A stretch of DNA of 64,000 nucleotides from assembly GCA_038321865.1 (NCBI GenBank), contig JBBQFH010000001.1, positions 174,258 through 238,257 of the forward strand, in the 5' to 3' direction. Shown in pieces: positions 1 to 10,508 of the stretch. Made by a program: the position numbers and the translations under genes. The stretch's first letter is position 1; every line of letters begins with the position of its first letter. The notes beneath the pieces are model-generated. The model was not told the DNA's origin. It saw nothing but the letters and a program-made list of their open reading frames with translations, and searched no databases. Source of the DNA: Gemmatimonadales bacterium (GTDB lineage: Bacteria > Gemmatimonadota > Gemmatimonadetes > Gemmatimonadales > GWC2-71-9).

Positions 1-126
1 GATCACCATTTCGCAGTAGGCTTCGGGGCCGCCGGTCCGATGCGGTATCGGGCCGGCGACCCAGCTGTTTCCGGCGCTGCTGCCCGTCGCCGGCCGCCAC
101 CCATCGCCGTCGGAGCTCGCGGATGA
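1..126 (+). CDS. 3' end of an upstream gene (partial, product unknown)
   Basis: Frame 1 is open from base 1 to TGA at 124-126, which overlaps the purE ATG (ATGA coupling). Confidence 0.45.
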   Translation, partial: DHHFAVGFGAAGPMRYRAGDPAVSGAAARRRPPPIAVGARG

Positions 127-611
127 CCGTTCCCCTCGTCGGCGTTGTGATGGGCAGCGAATCGGACTGGGAAGTGATGCAGCACGCCGCGCGACAACTG
201 ACCGCACTCGAAGTGCCCCACGAGCGACGCGTCGTCTCCGCCCACCGCACCCCCGACCTGCTTTTCGAGTACGCCGCGGCGGCAGCGAGCCGTGGGCTTC
301 GCTGCATCATCGCCGGCGCAGGCGGTGCCGCCCATCTACCAGGCATGCTGGCAGCCAAGACCTCGCTCCCGGTGCTCGGGGTTCCGGTTCCGAGTCATCA
401 TCTCCAGGGACTCGACTCGCTGCTTTCGATCGTGCAAATGCCGCGCGGAGTACCAGTCGCCACGTTCGCCATTGGCGAGGCAGGCGCGGTCAATGCAGCG
501 CTGTTCGCCGCGGCCATGATCGCCACCGGCGATCCCGCCCTCGCCGCGCGCCTCGACGGCTTTCGCGTGGCCCAGCGCGATCGCGTCCTCGGCCTGTCCC
601 TCCCCGGATGA
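123..611 (+). CDS. purE: N5-carboxyaminoimidazole ribonucleotide mutase
   Basis: [24 protein letters not shown] and SIVQMP motifs. Confidence 0.97.
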   Translation: MTVPLVGVVMGSESDWEVMQHAARQLTALEVPHERRVVSAHRTPDLLFEYAAAAASRGLRCIIAGAGGAAHLPGMLAAKTSLPVLGVPVPSHHLQGLDSLLSIVQMPRGVPVATFAIGEAGAVNAALFAAAMIATGDPALAARLDGFRVAQRDRVLGLSLPG

Positions 612-1738
612 TCCTGCCCGGCGCCACGCTGGGAATCGTCGGTGGCGGCCAGCTCGGGCGGATGTTCACCATCCGGGCCCGCACGATGGGGTATCGCGTC
701 GTCGTGCTCGATCCCGACCCTCGCAGCCCTGCCGGCAGCATCGCGGATCGACAGATCGAAGCGGCCTACGACGATCCGGGCGCGCTCGCGGAGCTGGCGG
801 AGTGCTGCCAGGCAATCACCACGGAATTCGAGAACGTCTCCGCCGATGCGCTCGATCGCCTCGGGGAGAGCCGCCCGGTGCGGCCTGCCGGCCGCGCGGT
901 CGCGATCGTGCAGGATCGTATCGCCGAAAAGACCCATCTGGCCGAAGCCGGGTTCCGCACCGCCCCGTTTCGGCCGATTCGATCCGACGCGGAGTTGGCG
1001 GCGGCCGCCCTGGCCGTGAGCATGCCCGCCATCCTCAAGACCGCCCGTCTGGGGTACGACGGCAAGGGCCAGATCCCGGTCACGAGCGTCGCCGAGCTCG
1101 CCGCCGGATGGGCTGCACTTGGGCGGCGGCCGTGCGTACTGGAGCGCCGGCTGCCGCTCGAGCTCGAGCTGTCCGTCGTACTGGCGCGCGGGATCGACGG
1201 CGCGGTGGTCGCCTTCCCGGTCGCCGAGAATCGCCATCGGGACGGCGTTCTCGACACGACGGTAGTGCCCGCCCGCGTGCCCCCCGAGACGGCCCTGAAA
1301 GCCCGCGACCTGGCCTGTGCCATCGCGGCGTCACTGGATTACGTCGGGGTGCTAGCGGTCGAGTTGTTCGTGGCCGAGGGCGGCGAGCTGTTTGTGAACG
1401 AGGTCGCGCCGCGCCCGCACAACAGCGGGCACTACACCTTGGACGCCTGCGGTGTGGATCAGTTCGAGCAGCAGGTCCGCGCGCTCTGTGGGCTGCCCCT
1501 GGGTCGGCCGGTGTTGCTCTCGCCGGTGGCGATGGCCAACCTGCTGGGGGACCTCTGGGCGGACGGCGTGCCCCATTGGGAACGGGCCCTCGCGCTGCCA
1601 GGGGTCCGGCTGCACCTCTATGGAAAATCCGAGGCGCGCGCGGGCCGAAAGATGGGCCATCTCAATTGCCTCGCTGCGAGCGCGGATGCCGCCCTCGAGC
1701 TGGCGATCGCCGCACGGAAGGCGCTTACTGGCCCCTGA
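608..1738 (+). CDS. purK: N5-CAIR synthetase (ATP-grasp)
   Basis: [27 protein letters not shown] and RKMGH motifs; follows purE. Confidence 0.97.
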   Translation: MILPGATLGIVGGGQLGRMFTIRARTMGYRVVVLDPDPRSPAGSIADRQIEAAYDDPGALAELAECCQAITTEFENVSADALDRLGESRPVRPAGRAVAIVQDRIAEKTHLAEAGFRTAPFRPIRSDAELAAAALAVSMPAILKTARLGYDGKGQIPVTSVAELAAGWAALGRRPCVLERRLPLELELSVVLARGIDGAVVAFPVAENRHRDGVLDTTVVPARVPPETALKARDLACAIAASLDYVGVLAVELFVAEGGELFVNEVAPRPHNSGHYTLDACGVDQFEQQVRALCGLPLGRPVLLSPVAMANLLGDLWADGVPHWERALALPGVRLHLYGKSEARAGRKMGHLNCLAASADAALELAIAARKALTGP

Positions 1739-1898
1739 GAGGTCGACCCGACAAATCACGCGAGATCTTAGAGTGTAAGTAGTTCACTGTTGGACAGTTA
1801 TGGTGAACCATGAACAGGCTTCGTCGCCGTAGATTTCGCCGATTCCGGTGCTGTTCAAGGTTTGCCCCTGCCCTTCAGCCCTCGGCACCGGCCACAAG

Positions 1899-1934
1899 CG
1901 AAAGCGGCGCCCCACTCATGGGACGCCGCTTTCG
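1899..1934 (-). terminator. Intrinsic terminator hairpin after ssrA (possibly bidirectional)
   Basis: CGAAAGCGGCG...CGCCGCTTTCG inverted repeat a few nt past the tmRNA 3' end. Confidence 0.75.
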
Positions 1935-1938
1935 TCGA

Positions 1939-2298
1939 TGGAGGCGCAGGGAATCGAACCCTGGTCCGAATCAGTTTCCAGAACTGCGTCTACGTGCGTA
2001 GGCCCGACTTCTTGCCGTCGCCCTGGCCCGGTATCGGACCAACCTCTCCAGGGTCTATCTCCTGAATCTCACCGATCGCGCCGGAGCGACACGACCAGCC
2101 AGCCCAGATTTTCGATTCGACGGCAGCGCCCCGGGCGGGCTCCAACCGTCGAAGGTGCGAGAAGCGAGCTTAGCTCAGCTTACGCAGCCATTGCCAGTTC
2201 AGTATTGGCAGTTGGATCTTTCCAGGGTGTTTTACCAGGGTCCTGGACCTGGGCACGCTGCAATCCCTTCTTCTAACCCGTCGAAGCCAGTCGCCCCC
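1939..2298 (-). ncRNA. ssrA: tmRNA, 360 nt; tag peptide ANTELAMAA* at 2209..2180; CCA not encoded
   Basis: 5' GGGGGCGACTGGCTTCGAC; 3' T-arm GGTTCGATTCC followed by CGCCTCCA; G3.U acceptor pair; resume codon GCC and tag ending AA-stop. Confidence 0.97.
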
Positions 2299-2308
2299 GG
2301 GTGCCTCA

Positions 2309-2337
2309 AATATACCCTCCCGCCCCTGCCCCATCAA
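2309..2337 (-). promoter_or_regulatory. sigma70-type promoter of ssrA
   Basis: TTGATG-17 bp-TATATT ending 10 nt upstream of the tmRNA 5' end. Confidence 0.65.
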
Positions 2338-3755
2338 CCGGCCGAGGAGGCCCCCGACACCTCGACCCGGTTCCGTCCGCTGCTCTTGGCCACGTACAGG
2401 GCGGCGTCTGCCTGCCCAGGCAGGTTCTCCAGCCGACGGCTGGTCTCCGGGCAGGCCGACACCCCGAACGACGCGCTGAGCGGCCAGGAGCGCCCCTGCC
2501 AGTCCCATGCCGTGGTGCTGAGCTTGACCTTGAGCCGCTCGGCGATCCTGACCCCCACCTCCAGCGTCGCGCCGGGCAGCCACACGGCGAACTCCTCGCC
2601 GCCCATGCGCGCACCGACATCGGCGCTCCGGATCTGTTCGCGAATCAGCCGGGCGAAATGGACCAGTGCCGCGTCGCCGGCCGGGTGGCCAAGCGCATCG
2701 TTGAGACTCTTGAATCGGTCGAAATCGGCGTAGACCAGCGCACCTGCCGTGACGCTGTGCTGCGCCAGCGCGGCTTCGAGGGCCCGCCGATTGGACAACC
2801 CGGTGAGCGGATCGACGAACGTCGTTTCCCGAAGCCCTTGCACGTCGATCGCCCGGGCAATGCGCGGGGCCGCGTTGGCAATGGCCTCGGTGATTTCGGC
2901 GAGGGCTGCGCCGGCGGGCTCCCGGCCATCGGGCAGCCAGAGGACCGCCGCACCAACGGACTGGCGGCCGGCCCGCAGCGGCAGCAGCAGCACGGCCTGA
3001 GTCCGCTGCCGGCGGTCCGCCGTCGCGCCACCCATGAAGTCTCCATCGCCCAGCTGGCGATCGGCCCCCCGCGCCACCCGGTCGAGCAGGCTGTCGGGCA
3101 ACGCGTAGCTGTCGAGCAGGCGCCGGTCGGCCCGCCCGGAAGCGCCGACAACCTTGACCCCCGACGGCTCGAGGGCCGCCACTACCACTTCGGCACCGGT
3201 GACTCGCTCGAGGTGGTAGGCCAAACGCAGCCCGACGCTTCCGACCGTCTCGAGCGAGGCCTCGTCGCTCTGCGCCTGGGCGAGCGCGACGATATGCGGA
3301 CGCCGACGCACGCCGTCGAGCAGCTGCCGGACATCGGCTTCCGCCTGCGGCAGCGCGGCCGGGCCGTGGCCTTCCGGCAGCAGCATGGCGACGGCGACGC
3401 CCTGCACCCCATGATAAACCAGCGTGCCGCTCGCCATCCGCTCCGCGCCGGCCTGCTCCTGGTCGCGCGCGCGCTCCAGCCGCCGGTCCACCGCCATGAT
3501 TTCCGCGACGCTGAGCCGCTCCGCGTCCACGACCCGTTCGTTGCTCGGCCCTTCCTCGTCGTCGCGAAGCTCGCTCACCCAGATGCCGATCGCGGCGTTC
3601 GCCCGCATCAGCCAGCGAAGCGCAGGATCGGGCAGCAGGTGTGCACCGACGCCCGCGGCACTCGACGGGCGGCCCGTCCGCCCTCCTCGGAGCAGCCAGC
3701 CCGCCGCCGCCCCGGCCACCAGCCCGAGCGCGAGCCCGGCTACTCCCTGAGCCAT
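2334..3755 (-). CDS. Membrane-anchored GAF-GGDEF diguanylate cyclase
   Basis: N-terminal hydrophobic helix, GAF-like middle, DPLTGLSNRR, DFDRFKSLNDALGHPAGD, RxxD I-site (RSAD), GGEEF; start set at MAQGVAG. Confidence 0.9.
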   Translation of the reverse strand: MAQGVAGLALGLVAGAAAGWLLRGGRTGRPSSAAGVGAHLLPDPALRWLMRANAAIGIWVSELRDDEEGPSNERVVDAERLSVAEIMAVDRRLERARDQEQAGAERMASGTLVYHGVQGVAVAMLLPEGHGPAALPQAEADVRQLLDGVRRRPHIVALAQAQSDEASLETVGSVGLRLAYHLERVTGAEVVVAALEPSGVKVVGASGRADRRLLDSYALPDSLLDRVARGADRQLGDGDFMGGATADRRQRTQAVLLLPLRAGRQSVGAAVLWLPDGREPAGAALAEITEAIANAAPRIARAIDVQGLRETTFVDPLTGLSNRRALEAALAQHSVTAGALVYADFDRFKSLNDALGHPAGDAALVHFARLIREQIRSADVGARMGGEEFAVWLPGATLEVGVRIAERLKVKLSTTAWDWQGRSWPLSASFGVSACPETSRRLENLPGQADAALYVAKSSGRNRVEVSGASSAG

Positions 3756-4678
3756 CCCCGCCGCCGGAACCAGATGAAGATGACGAACGTGACCACCGCC
3801 ATGAGCAGCAGGACGCCCGGATAACCCCACCGGTGGCGGAGCTCCGGCATGAACTGGAAGTTCATGCCGTAGACGCCGACGATGAACGTCAACGGCATGA
3901 AAAAGACCGAGAACACCGTCAGCACGCGCACCGTCTGGTTGGTGCGGTGCGACGCCAGCCCGAGCTGGAGATGCAGCAGATTGTTTGCGTCGTCGAGGAG
4001 CTCGTCGGCGTAGAGGTGCATATTCTCGACATTTTCCCGGAGATCCTGGTACAGCGGCGCCGACGGCTCGGAGGCGGGCACCAGCTTGACCACCGCGCTC
4101 AGGGTGTGCCAGAGCAGCCGTTTCAGCACCGAGATCCGGTGCTTCAGCTCGTGGATCTGGCGCAGCACCGGCACGATGTCGTCATGGCCGAACAGCGTGT
4201 CCTCGTAACGATCCAGCGCCTGCTCCGCCTCGTCGAGCGGCGGCCCGAAGGTGTCGACCGCCGCGTTCGCCAGGTCGATGAGGATTTGCGCCGCGAACCC
4301 CTGATGTTCGCGCCCGCGGTCGCCCGCGGCCGCGCGCGTGCGGTACTCATCACGCAGCGCCGCGAGGTACGGCTGATCCTTGCGGTGAATAGTGATGAGA
4401 AATCCCGGGCCGCAGAAGATCGCGACCTTCCGGGTCAGGTTCTGCACCGAGCAGGCGTCGGCCGGCGCGGCGACATCGTACGAGCGCACGATCATGAACG
4501 TCGTGTCGCCGACTTTCTCGTACTTGGGCAGATGATCCGGGTCGAGGCTGTCCTCAACGAGCGTGGGAAAGAGCCGGAACTGGTTCGCGACCTCGCGCAG
4601 CTCCTCCCGGCTGGGGTCGATCAGATCGAGCCACTCCAGCTTTGGCTCCGCCGTGTCGATCACGAGCTGCCGCGTCAT
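3740..4678 (-). CDS. corA: CorA-family Mg2+/divalent cation transporter
   Basis: YGMNF signature, MPEL loop, two C-terminal TM helices. Confidence 0.92.
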   Translation of the reverse strand: MTRQLVIDTAEPKLEWLDLIDPSREELREVANQFRLFPTLVEDSLDPDHLPKYEKVGDTTFMIVRSYDVAAPADACSVQNLTRKVAIFCGPGFLITIHRKDQPYLAALRDEYRTRAAAGDRGREHQGFAAQILIDLANAAVDTFGPPLDEAEQALDRYEDTLFGHDDIVPVLRQIHELKHRISVLKRLLWHTLSAVVKLVPASEPSAPLYQDLRENVENMHLYADELLDDANNLLHLQLGLASHRTNQTVRVLTVFSVFFMPLTFIVGVYGMNFQFMPELRHRWGYPGVLLLMAVVTFVIFIWFRRRGWLRE

Positions 4679-5658
4679 GCCACCTGCGCGATCGGATCGA
4701 GGTAGGCGAGGAAGATGGCCTCGGCCTCCGCGATGGACTCGATCTGGAACAGCCGCTGGCGAAGGTCGCTGGCGCCGTGCAACCCCTTGGTATACCAGCC
4801 AAGATGCTTGCGGAACTCCATGACGGTCCGGCGTGTATCCCCCTGCAGACGAATGGCCAGCCGCGCATGCTCGAGCGCCGTGCGGAACCGCTCGGCGGCA
4901 TCCGGCACGGCGGGCCGGGGCTCACCCGCGAGCAGTGCCTGCGCATCGCGGAAGATCCAGGGGTTGCCGAACACACCCCGGCCGATCATCGCGCCGGCGC
5001 AGCCGGTGTGCTGCCGCATGCGAAGCACGTCCTCGGCCGATTCGATGTCGCCGTTGCCAATCACCGGAATATCCAGCGCTTCGACCACTCGTGCGATATC
5101 GTCCCAACTTGCGCGGCCGGAGAACATTTGCGTCCGGGTGCGGGCATGGAGCGTGAAGGCACGGGCCCCCGCATCCTGCATCCTAAGCGCGATGCCGACC
5201 GGGTCGCGCGTCTCGTCGTTCCAGCCGCTGCGCGTCTTGACGGTCACGGGCAGATGGGTCGCGCCGGCCACGCTCCGGATGATCCGGCCCACGAGATCCA
5301 TGTCACGGAGACAGCCGGACCCGCCGTTCCGCTGGACGACCTTCTTGACCGGGCAGCCGAAGTTGATGTCGATGAACTCCGGCTGATAGTGCTCGCTGAT
5401 CAGCGCGGCCGCTTCCCCCATCGCCTCCGGATCCGCGCCGTAGATCTGAATGCCGATGGGTCGCTCGCACGGCTCGAACTCCGCGCCCTCGAGCGTGGTT
5501 CTGATGCGCCGGCGAATCGCCTCGGAGGACAGAAATTCAGAGATGACCACATCGGCGCCCATGCGGCGGCAGATCTGGCGGAACGGCGCTTCGGAGACCC
5601 CCGCCATCGGCGCGAGGACCAGCGGAAAGACGTGGGCGGACGGAAAGGGCAACTGCAT
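4675..5658 (-). CDS. dusB: tRNA-dihydrouridine synthase B
   Basis: LAPMAGVS, DINFGCPVKKV, HARTR and GNGDI motifs. Confidence 0.93.
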   Translation of the reverse strand: MQLPFPSAHVFPLVLAPMAGVSEAPFRQICRRMGADVVISEFLSSEAIRRRIRTTLEGAEFEPCERPIGIQIYGADPEAMGEAAALISEHYQPEFIDINFGCPVKKVVQRNGGSGCLRDMDLVGRIIRSVAGATHLPVTVKTRSGWNDETRDPVGIALRMQDAGARAFTLHARTRTQMFSGRASWDDIARVVEALDIPVIGNGDIESAEDVLRMRQHTGCAGAMIGRGVFGNPWIFRDAQALLAGEPRPAVPDAAERFRTALEHARLAIRLQGDTRRTVMEFRKHLGWYTKGLHGASDLRQRLFQIESIAEAEAIFLAYLDPIAQVA

Positions 5659-5664
5659 GTCCTG

Positions 5665-5693
5665 AAAATACTTGCCGGTCCGACGGTCGGCAA
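5665..5693 (-). promoter_or_regulatory. sigma70 promoter for dusB, leaderless geometry
   Basis: TTGCCG-17-TATTTT-6 nt-ATG. Confidence 0.6.
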
Positions 5694-5701
5694 TGGAGCG
5701 T

Positions 5702-5731
5702 TTGACACCGGCGGATGAGGCCGCTTACGTT
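5702..5731 (+). promoter_or_regulatory. sigma70 promoter for the PTS EIIA gene, leaderless geometry
   Basis: TTGACA-18-TACGTT-5 nt-ATG. Confidence 0.65.
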
Positions 5732-5736
5732 GCGCC

Positions 5737-6186
5737 ATGCTGACGTCGCTCTTTCAACCCGGCGCCGTGCGCCTCGATCTCGTGGCCGCGGCGCAGGATG
5801 ATGTGCTGGCCGAGCTGGTTGCCCTCCTGCCGCTGCCGGAGGCCGACGCCCACACGCTCCAGAAGCTGCTGAAGCGCCGCGAGGCGCTTGGCTCCACAGG
5901 CGTTGGTCGGGGCGTGGCGATTCCCCATACGCGCTGCCCTCTGGTGGCCGGCCTCCAGCTCGCCTTCGGCCGTCTGCCGGCCGGCATCGCATGGTCCGCC
6001 ATCGACAACAAGCCGGTGCACTACTTCTTTCTGATCGTGGCGCCGCCGCTCGAGGTGTCGAATGAATATCTGCCGGTGCTCGGCCGGGTCGCGCAGTTCG
6101 TGAAGGAGCCGGACGTGCCGCAGCGGCTCGGCGCCCTGCAGACTCCGGCGGAGTTCTTCGCGCTGCTCGCCGAGAAGGGGCTGTAG
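5737..6186 (+). CDS. Stand-alone PTS EIIA (Fru/Ntr type)
   Basis: REALGSTGVGRGVAIPH with the phospho-His; 149 aa. Confidence 0.9.
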   Translation: MLTSLFQPGAVRLDLVAAAQDDVLAELVALLPLPEADAHTLQKLLKRREALGSTGVGRGVAIPHTRCPLVAGLQLAFGRLPAGIAWSAIDNKPVHYFFLIVAPPLEVSNEYLPVLGRVAQFVKEPDVPQRLGALQTPAEFFALLAEKGL

Positions 6187-6195
6187 TTCAGAGCG

Positions 6196-7752
6196 TCATT
6201 CCCACTCGATCGTCGCCGGCGGCTTCGAGCTCACGTCGTAGACTACCCGGTTGACGCCATCCACCTCGTTGGCGATCCGGTTCGAGATACGGCTCATCAC
6301 CTCGGGCGGAAAGGGAAACCAGTCCGCCGTCATTCCGTCGCGGCTGGTCACGGCGCGCAGCGCCACCACCTGGTCGTAGCTCCGCTCGTCACCCTGCACC
6401 CCCACCGACCGGACCGGGAGCAGGACCGCGAACGCCTGCCAGATCTCGTCGTACAGCCCGGCCGCGCGAATTTCCTCGATGTAAATGTGGTCCGCCCGCC
6501 GGAGCACTTCCAGGTGGGCGGGGCGCACCTCCCCCAGGATGCGGATCGCGAGCCCGGGGCCGGGGAACGGGTGCCTGCCCACCATTTCCTCGGGCAGTCC
6601 CAGCTCGCGTCCCACCTGGCGCACCTCGTCCTTGAACAGCTCCCGCAGCGGCTCGATCAGCTTGAATGGGAGTCGCTCCGGCAGGCCACCGACGTTGTGG
6701 TGGGTCTTGATCGTGACCGACGGCCCGCCTGCCGGCGAGAGCGACTCGATGACGTCGGGGTAGAGCGTGCCCTGCACCAGAAACCCCACGTCGCTGCCCA
6801 CCGCGCGCGCCTCCACCTCGAACACATCGATGAACGTGTGACCGATGCGGCGCCGCTTCTCTTCGGGTTCGGTGATGCCGGCCAGCCGCTCGAGGAACTG
6901 CGCGCTCGCGTCCACCACCCGAAGGTCGATCCCCAGGTGGCGCCGGAACGTCTGCTCGACCTGATCGCGCTCGTGCAGCCGGAGCAGGCCATGGTCGACG
7001 AATATGCAGGTGAGGCGGTCGCCGACCGCGCGGTGGACCAGGGCGGCCGCGACGGACGAATCCACGCCTCCGGACAGGCCGCAGATCACGCGCGCCGTCG
7101 GGCCCACCATCGCGCGCACCCGATCGATCTCCCGCTCGATGAGCTGGCCGGGCGTCCAGTCGGGCGTGCACCCGCAGATGGCGAACAGAAAATTGTTCAG
7201 CACCTCGCCGCCGCGCGGCGTGTGCGCGACTTCGGGATGAAACTGCACGCCATAGAGCGGCAGCTCGCGATGCTGAAAGGCGGCCACCGGCGAGTTGGCG
7301 CTCCGCGCGACGACATCGTAGCCCGGGGGCGCCACGTCCACATGGTCGCCGTGGCTCATCCAGACCGGCGTCTCCTCGCCGATGCCGAACCCCTCGAACA
7401 GGCGACCGCCCAGGACCTCGAGCCCGGCCCGGCCGTACTCGCGGCGCGCCGCGCGCTGCACCGTTCCGCCGCTGAGGTGAGCCAGGAGCTGCATGCCGTA
7501 GCAGACGCCGAGGACCGGAACGCCAAGGGCGAGCAGCGCCGGGTCCGCCGTCGGAACGCTGTCGCCGTAGACCGAGTTCGGGCCACCGGAGAGTATGACG
7601 CCGCGCGGATCCCAGTCGCGAATCCACTGCACGCTCCGGGACGGCGGATGGATCTCGCAGTACACATGCGCCTCGCGCACGCGCCGGGCGATCAGCTGGG
7701 TGTACTGTGATCCGAAATCGATGATCAGGACGCCGTCGTGATGCACTGCCAC
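6196..7752 (-). CDS. guaA: GMP synthase (glutamine-hydrolysing)
   Basis: [31 protein letters not shown] and KPPATIEWE motifs. Confidence 0.98.
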   Translation of the reverse strand: MAVHHDGVLIIDFGSQYTQLIARRVREAHVYCEIHPPSRSVQWIRDWDPRGVILSGGPNSVYGDSVPTADPALLALGVPVLGVCYGMQLLAHLSGGTVQRAARREYGRAGLEVLGGRLFEGFGIGEETPVWMSHGDHVDVAPPGYDVVARSANSPVAAFQHRELPLYGVQFHPEVAHTPRGGEVLNNFLFAICGCTPDWTPGQLIEREIDRVRAMVGPTARVICGLSGGVDSSVAAALVHRAVGDRLTCIFVDHGLLRLHERDQVEQTFRRHLGIDLRVVDASAQFLERLAGITEPEEKRRRIGHTFIDVFEVEARAVGSDVGFLVQGTLYPDVIESLSPAGGPSVTIKTHHNVGGLPERLPFKLIEPLRELFKDEVRQVGRELGLPEEMVGRHPFPGPGLAIRILGEVRPAHLEVLRRADHIYIEEIRAAGLYDEIWQAFAVLLPVRSVGVQGDERSYDQVVALRAVTSRDGMTADWFPFPPEVMSRISNRIANEVDGVNRVVYDVSSKPPATIEWE

Positions 7753-7761
7753 GAAGCCTCG

Positions 7762-9078
7762 CTAGCCGAGCGGAGTGGGATGTTCGCCGCGATAGAGATC
7801 GGTCAGCTCCTCGCGCGGCCGGGCTACGGCGAACCGTCCGCCGTCCACGATCACCTCGGGCGGGCGCGGGCGGGTGTTGTAGCTCGACGCCATGACGAAG
7901 CCGTAGGCCCCGGCGCCGAGAATGGCCAGCCGCTCGCCTTGCGCCAGCGCGGGCAGCGATCGGTCGAGGGCCATGAAGTCCCCGGTTTCACAGACCGGGC
8001 CGACTACGTCCACCGGCGAGGCCTCACGACCCGCCGCCTCGACCTCCAGGATCTCGTGATACGCGTGATAGTGGCTGGGACGCACCAGATCGTTCATGCC
8101 GGCGTCCACGATCACGAAGGACTTGCCGCCCGAGTGCTTGCGGTACATGACAGTGGTCAGCAGCACGCCCGCGCTCCCGACGAGGAAGCGCCCGGGCTCC
8201 ACGTACACCGTCAGCCCGCTCCGCCCGAGCAGCGGGGCGACGGCGGCCGCGAATACGACCGGGTCCATCGGCGCCTCGGCGGCGTACTGAATCCCCAGTC
8301 CCCCGCCGATGTCGATCACTCGAAGCGTGTCGATCCCTGCCCCACGCACCTCGCCGACGAGCGCGAGCAGCCGGCGGATCCCCTCCTGAAACGGGCCGGT
8401 ATCGGTCCGCTGGCTCCCCAGATGCATGGCAAGGCCGGTCAGCTGCATGAACGGATGCGATGAGATCCGGCGCGCGGCGGCCAGCACCTGGTCGGTCGGA
8501 ATCCCGAACTTGATGCCGCTCTTTCCCGTCGAGATGTACGGGTGCGTGTCCGTCGTCACGTCGGGATTGACGCGCACACCCACCGAGACCGAAATGCCCT
8601 CGGCCGTGGCGACGTCCTCCAGCACGTGCAGCTCCTCGGCCGACTCGACGTTGATGTGGCCGACCCGGGCCCGCACGGCCGCCCGAAGCTCATCCACGGA
8701 TTTGCCGACACCACTGAAGACGATGCGGTCGGGCGCGAACCCGGCCGCGAGCGCGCGCTGGAGTTCACCGGCCGAGACGATATCCGCGCCGGCGCCAAGG
8801 TCGCGCAGCACGCGAAGCACGGCCAGGTTGCCGTTGGCCTTCACCGCAAAGCAGATCCGGTGGGGGACCGCGACGAGAGCGGCGTCGAGGGTTCGGTAGC
8901 GCGTACGAATGGCCCCGGCATTGTAGACGTACGCCGGCGTGCCGACGGCATCCGCGACATCGGTCAGCCGGACTTCGCCCATGACGAGTGATGCGCCGCG
9001 CCGCGCGAGGCCGCCATCGTCGAGCAGCTGCGCGACGTCCTCCGCTCCCGGGGCCGGCGTCAGTACGCCTTGGCCCAT
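7762..9078 (-). CDS. lysA: Diaminopimelate decarboxylase
   Basis: FAVKAN (PLP Lys), [18 protein letters not shown] and [10 protein letters not shown]; start at MGQGV overlapping the proS end. Confidence 0.95.
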   Translation of the reverse strand: MGQGVLTPAPGAEDVAQLLDDGGLARRGASLVMGEVRLTDVADAVGTPAYVYNAGAIRTRYRTLDAALVAVPHRICFAVKANGNLAVLRVLRDLGAGADIVSAGELQRALAAGFAPDRIVFSGVGKSVDELRAAVRARVGHINVESAEELHVLEDVATAEGISVSVGVRVNPDVTTDTHPYISTGKSGIKFGIPTDQVLAAARRISSHPFMQLTGLAMHLGSQRTDTGPFQEGIRRLLALVGEVRGAGIDTLRVIDIGGGLGIQYAAEAPMDPVVFAAAVAPLLGRSGLTVYVEPGRFLVGSAGVLLTTVMYRKHSGGKSFVIVDAGMNDLVRPSHYHAYHEILEVEAAGREASPVDVVGPVCETGDFMALDRSLPALAQGERLAILGAGAYGFVMASSYNTRPRPPEVIVDGGRFAVARPREELTDLYRGEHPTPLG

Positions 9079-10508
9079 ACCGCCTCGGCGACGCTCGGTT
9101 TGTCGCACCAGATGCACCGCGTCGGCAGAATCGGCGACCGGAATTCGGGATCAGGAAGGACCCGGATCGTGGCCTTGGTCTCCGCCTTGATCTCGGCTTC
9201 GCACGCGCCGGCGCCACAGAAGCCGCCATAGACGAACCCGCCAGCTCCGGCCATCCGCTCGATGAGCTGCTCCCTGGTGGCGCCGCGAAGGCTCGAAGCC
9301 TCGCGGCGCGCCCGCGCCGTCTCCAGCAGCTCGATCTGCATCCGTGCCATCTCGTGCTGCATCCGTTCGGCGATGCCATCGATCGGCACCGGCTCCTTCT
9401 TGCCGCCGGTCCGGCGCGCCATCATCGCTGACCCGGCGGCCACATCCCGCGGCCCGACCTCCAGCCGGAACGGCACGCCGCGCCCCTCCCATTCGTAATA
9501 CTTGGCGCCCGGCTTGATCCCCTCCCGCGCGTCCACGTGCACTCGCACTCCTGCCGCAGCCAGCGTGGCCCGGATCTGCTGCGCGGCCTCGAGCACCAGC
9601 ACCCGCTCCTCGTCCGTCCGGTAGATCGGCACGACCACGACCTGGTACTGAGCCAGCCGGGGCGGACAGACCAGCCCGTTGTCGTCGCTGTGGACCATGA
9701 TCAGTCCACCTATGAGCCGCGTGGATACGCCCCACGACGTATTCCAGACGAACGCGAGTCCGCCCTCGGCGGTCTGGAACGTGACTTCGAACGCCTTCGC
9801 GAAGTTCTGGCCGAGGTTGTGGCTGGTGCCGGCCTGCAGTGCCTTGTCGTCCTGCATCAGCGCTTCACAGGCGTAGGTCCGGAGGGCACCCGCAAACCGC
9901 TCGCTGTCGGTCTTGAGACCGGTCAGGACCGGCATGGCCATCCACTCCTCCATGAAGGTGCGATAGACGCCGAGCATCTGTCGCGTCTCGGCTTCCGCCT
10001 CGGCCTCGGTGGCATGGGCGGTGTGCCCCTCCTGCCAGAGAAACTCGGTGGTGCGAAGAAAGAGCCGCGTTCGCAGCTCCCAGCGGACCACGTTGGCCCA
10101 CTGGTTGATCAGCACCGGCAGGTCGCGATAGCTCTGGATCCACTTCGCGTACATGGCGTAGATGATGGTCTCGGACGTTGGCCGGACCACCAGCGGCTCC
10201 TCGAGCTCCTTGCCGCCGCCATGGGTGACGACCGCGGTCTCCGGGGCGAAGCCTTCGACGTGCTCGGCCTCGCGCGAGAGAAAGGACTGTGGGATGAACA
10301 GCGGGAAATAGGCGTTCTGGTGCCCGGTGTCCTTGAACATCTGGTCGAGGGCGCGCTGCATCTGCTCCCAGATGGCGTATCCGTTCGGCCGAATGACCAT
10401 GCACCCGCGCACCGGGCTGTAGTCCGCCAGTTCGGCACGCATGATCACCTCGTTGTACCAGGCGCTGAAATCGGCAGCGCGCGTGGTGAGAGCCTTCGTA
10501 TCAGCCAT
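9060..10508 (-). CDS. proS: Proline--tRNA ligase (archaeal/eukaryotic-like type without INS editing domain)
   Basis: [38 protein letters not shown] and C-terminal AKAY. Confidence 0.97.
   Translation of the reverse strand: MADTKALTTRAADFSAWYNEVIMRAELADYSPVRGCMVIRPNGYAIWEQMQRALDQMFKDTGHQNAYFPLFIPQSFLSREAEHVEGFAPETAVVTHGGGKELEEPLVVRPTSETIIYAMYAKWIQSYRDLPVLINQWANVVRWELRTRLFLRTTEFLWQEGHTAHATEAEAEAETRQMLGVYRTFMEEWMAMPVLTGLKTDSERFAGALRTYACEALMQDDKALQAGTSHNLGQNFAKAFEVTFQTAEGGLAFVWNTSWGVSTRLIGGLIMVHSDDNGLVCPPRLAQYQVVVVPIYRTDEERVLVLEAAQQIRATLAAAGVRVHVDAREGIKPGAKYYEWEGRGVPFRLEVGPRDVAAGSAMMARRTGGKKEPVPIDGIAERMQHEMARMQIELLETARARREASSLRGATREQLIERMAGAGGFVYGGFCGAGACEAEIKAETKATIRVLPDPEFRSPILPTRCIWCDKPSVAEAVWAKAY

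Noticed and set aside
1810..2733. Short ORFs overlapping the ssrA region
   Set aside because: Explained by the tmRNA, its terminator and the antisense strand of the GGDEF gene
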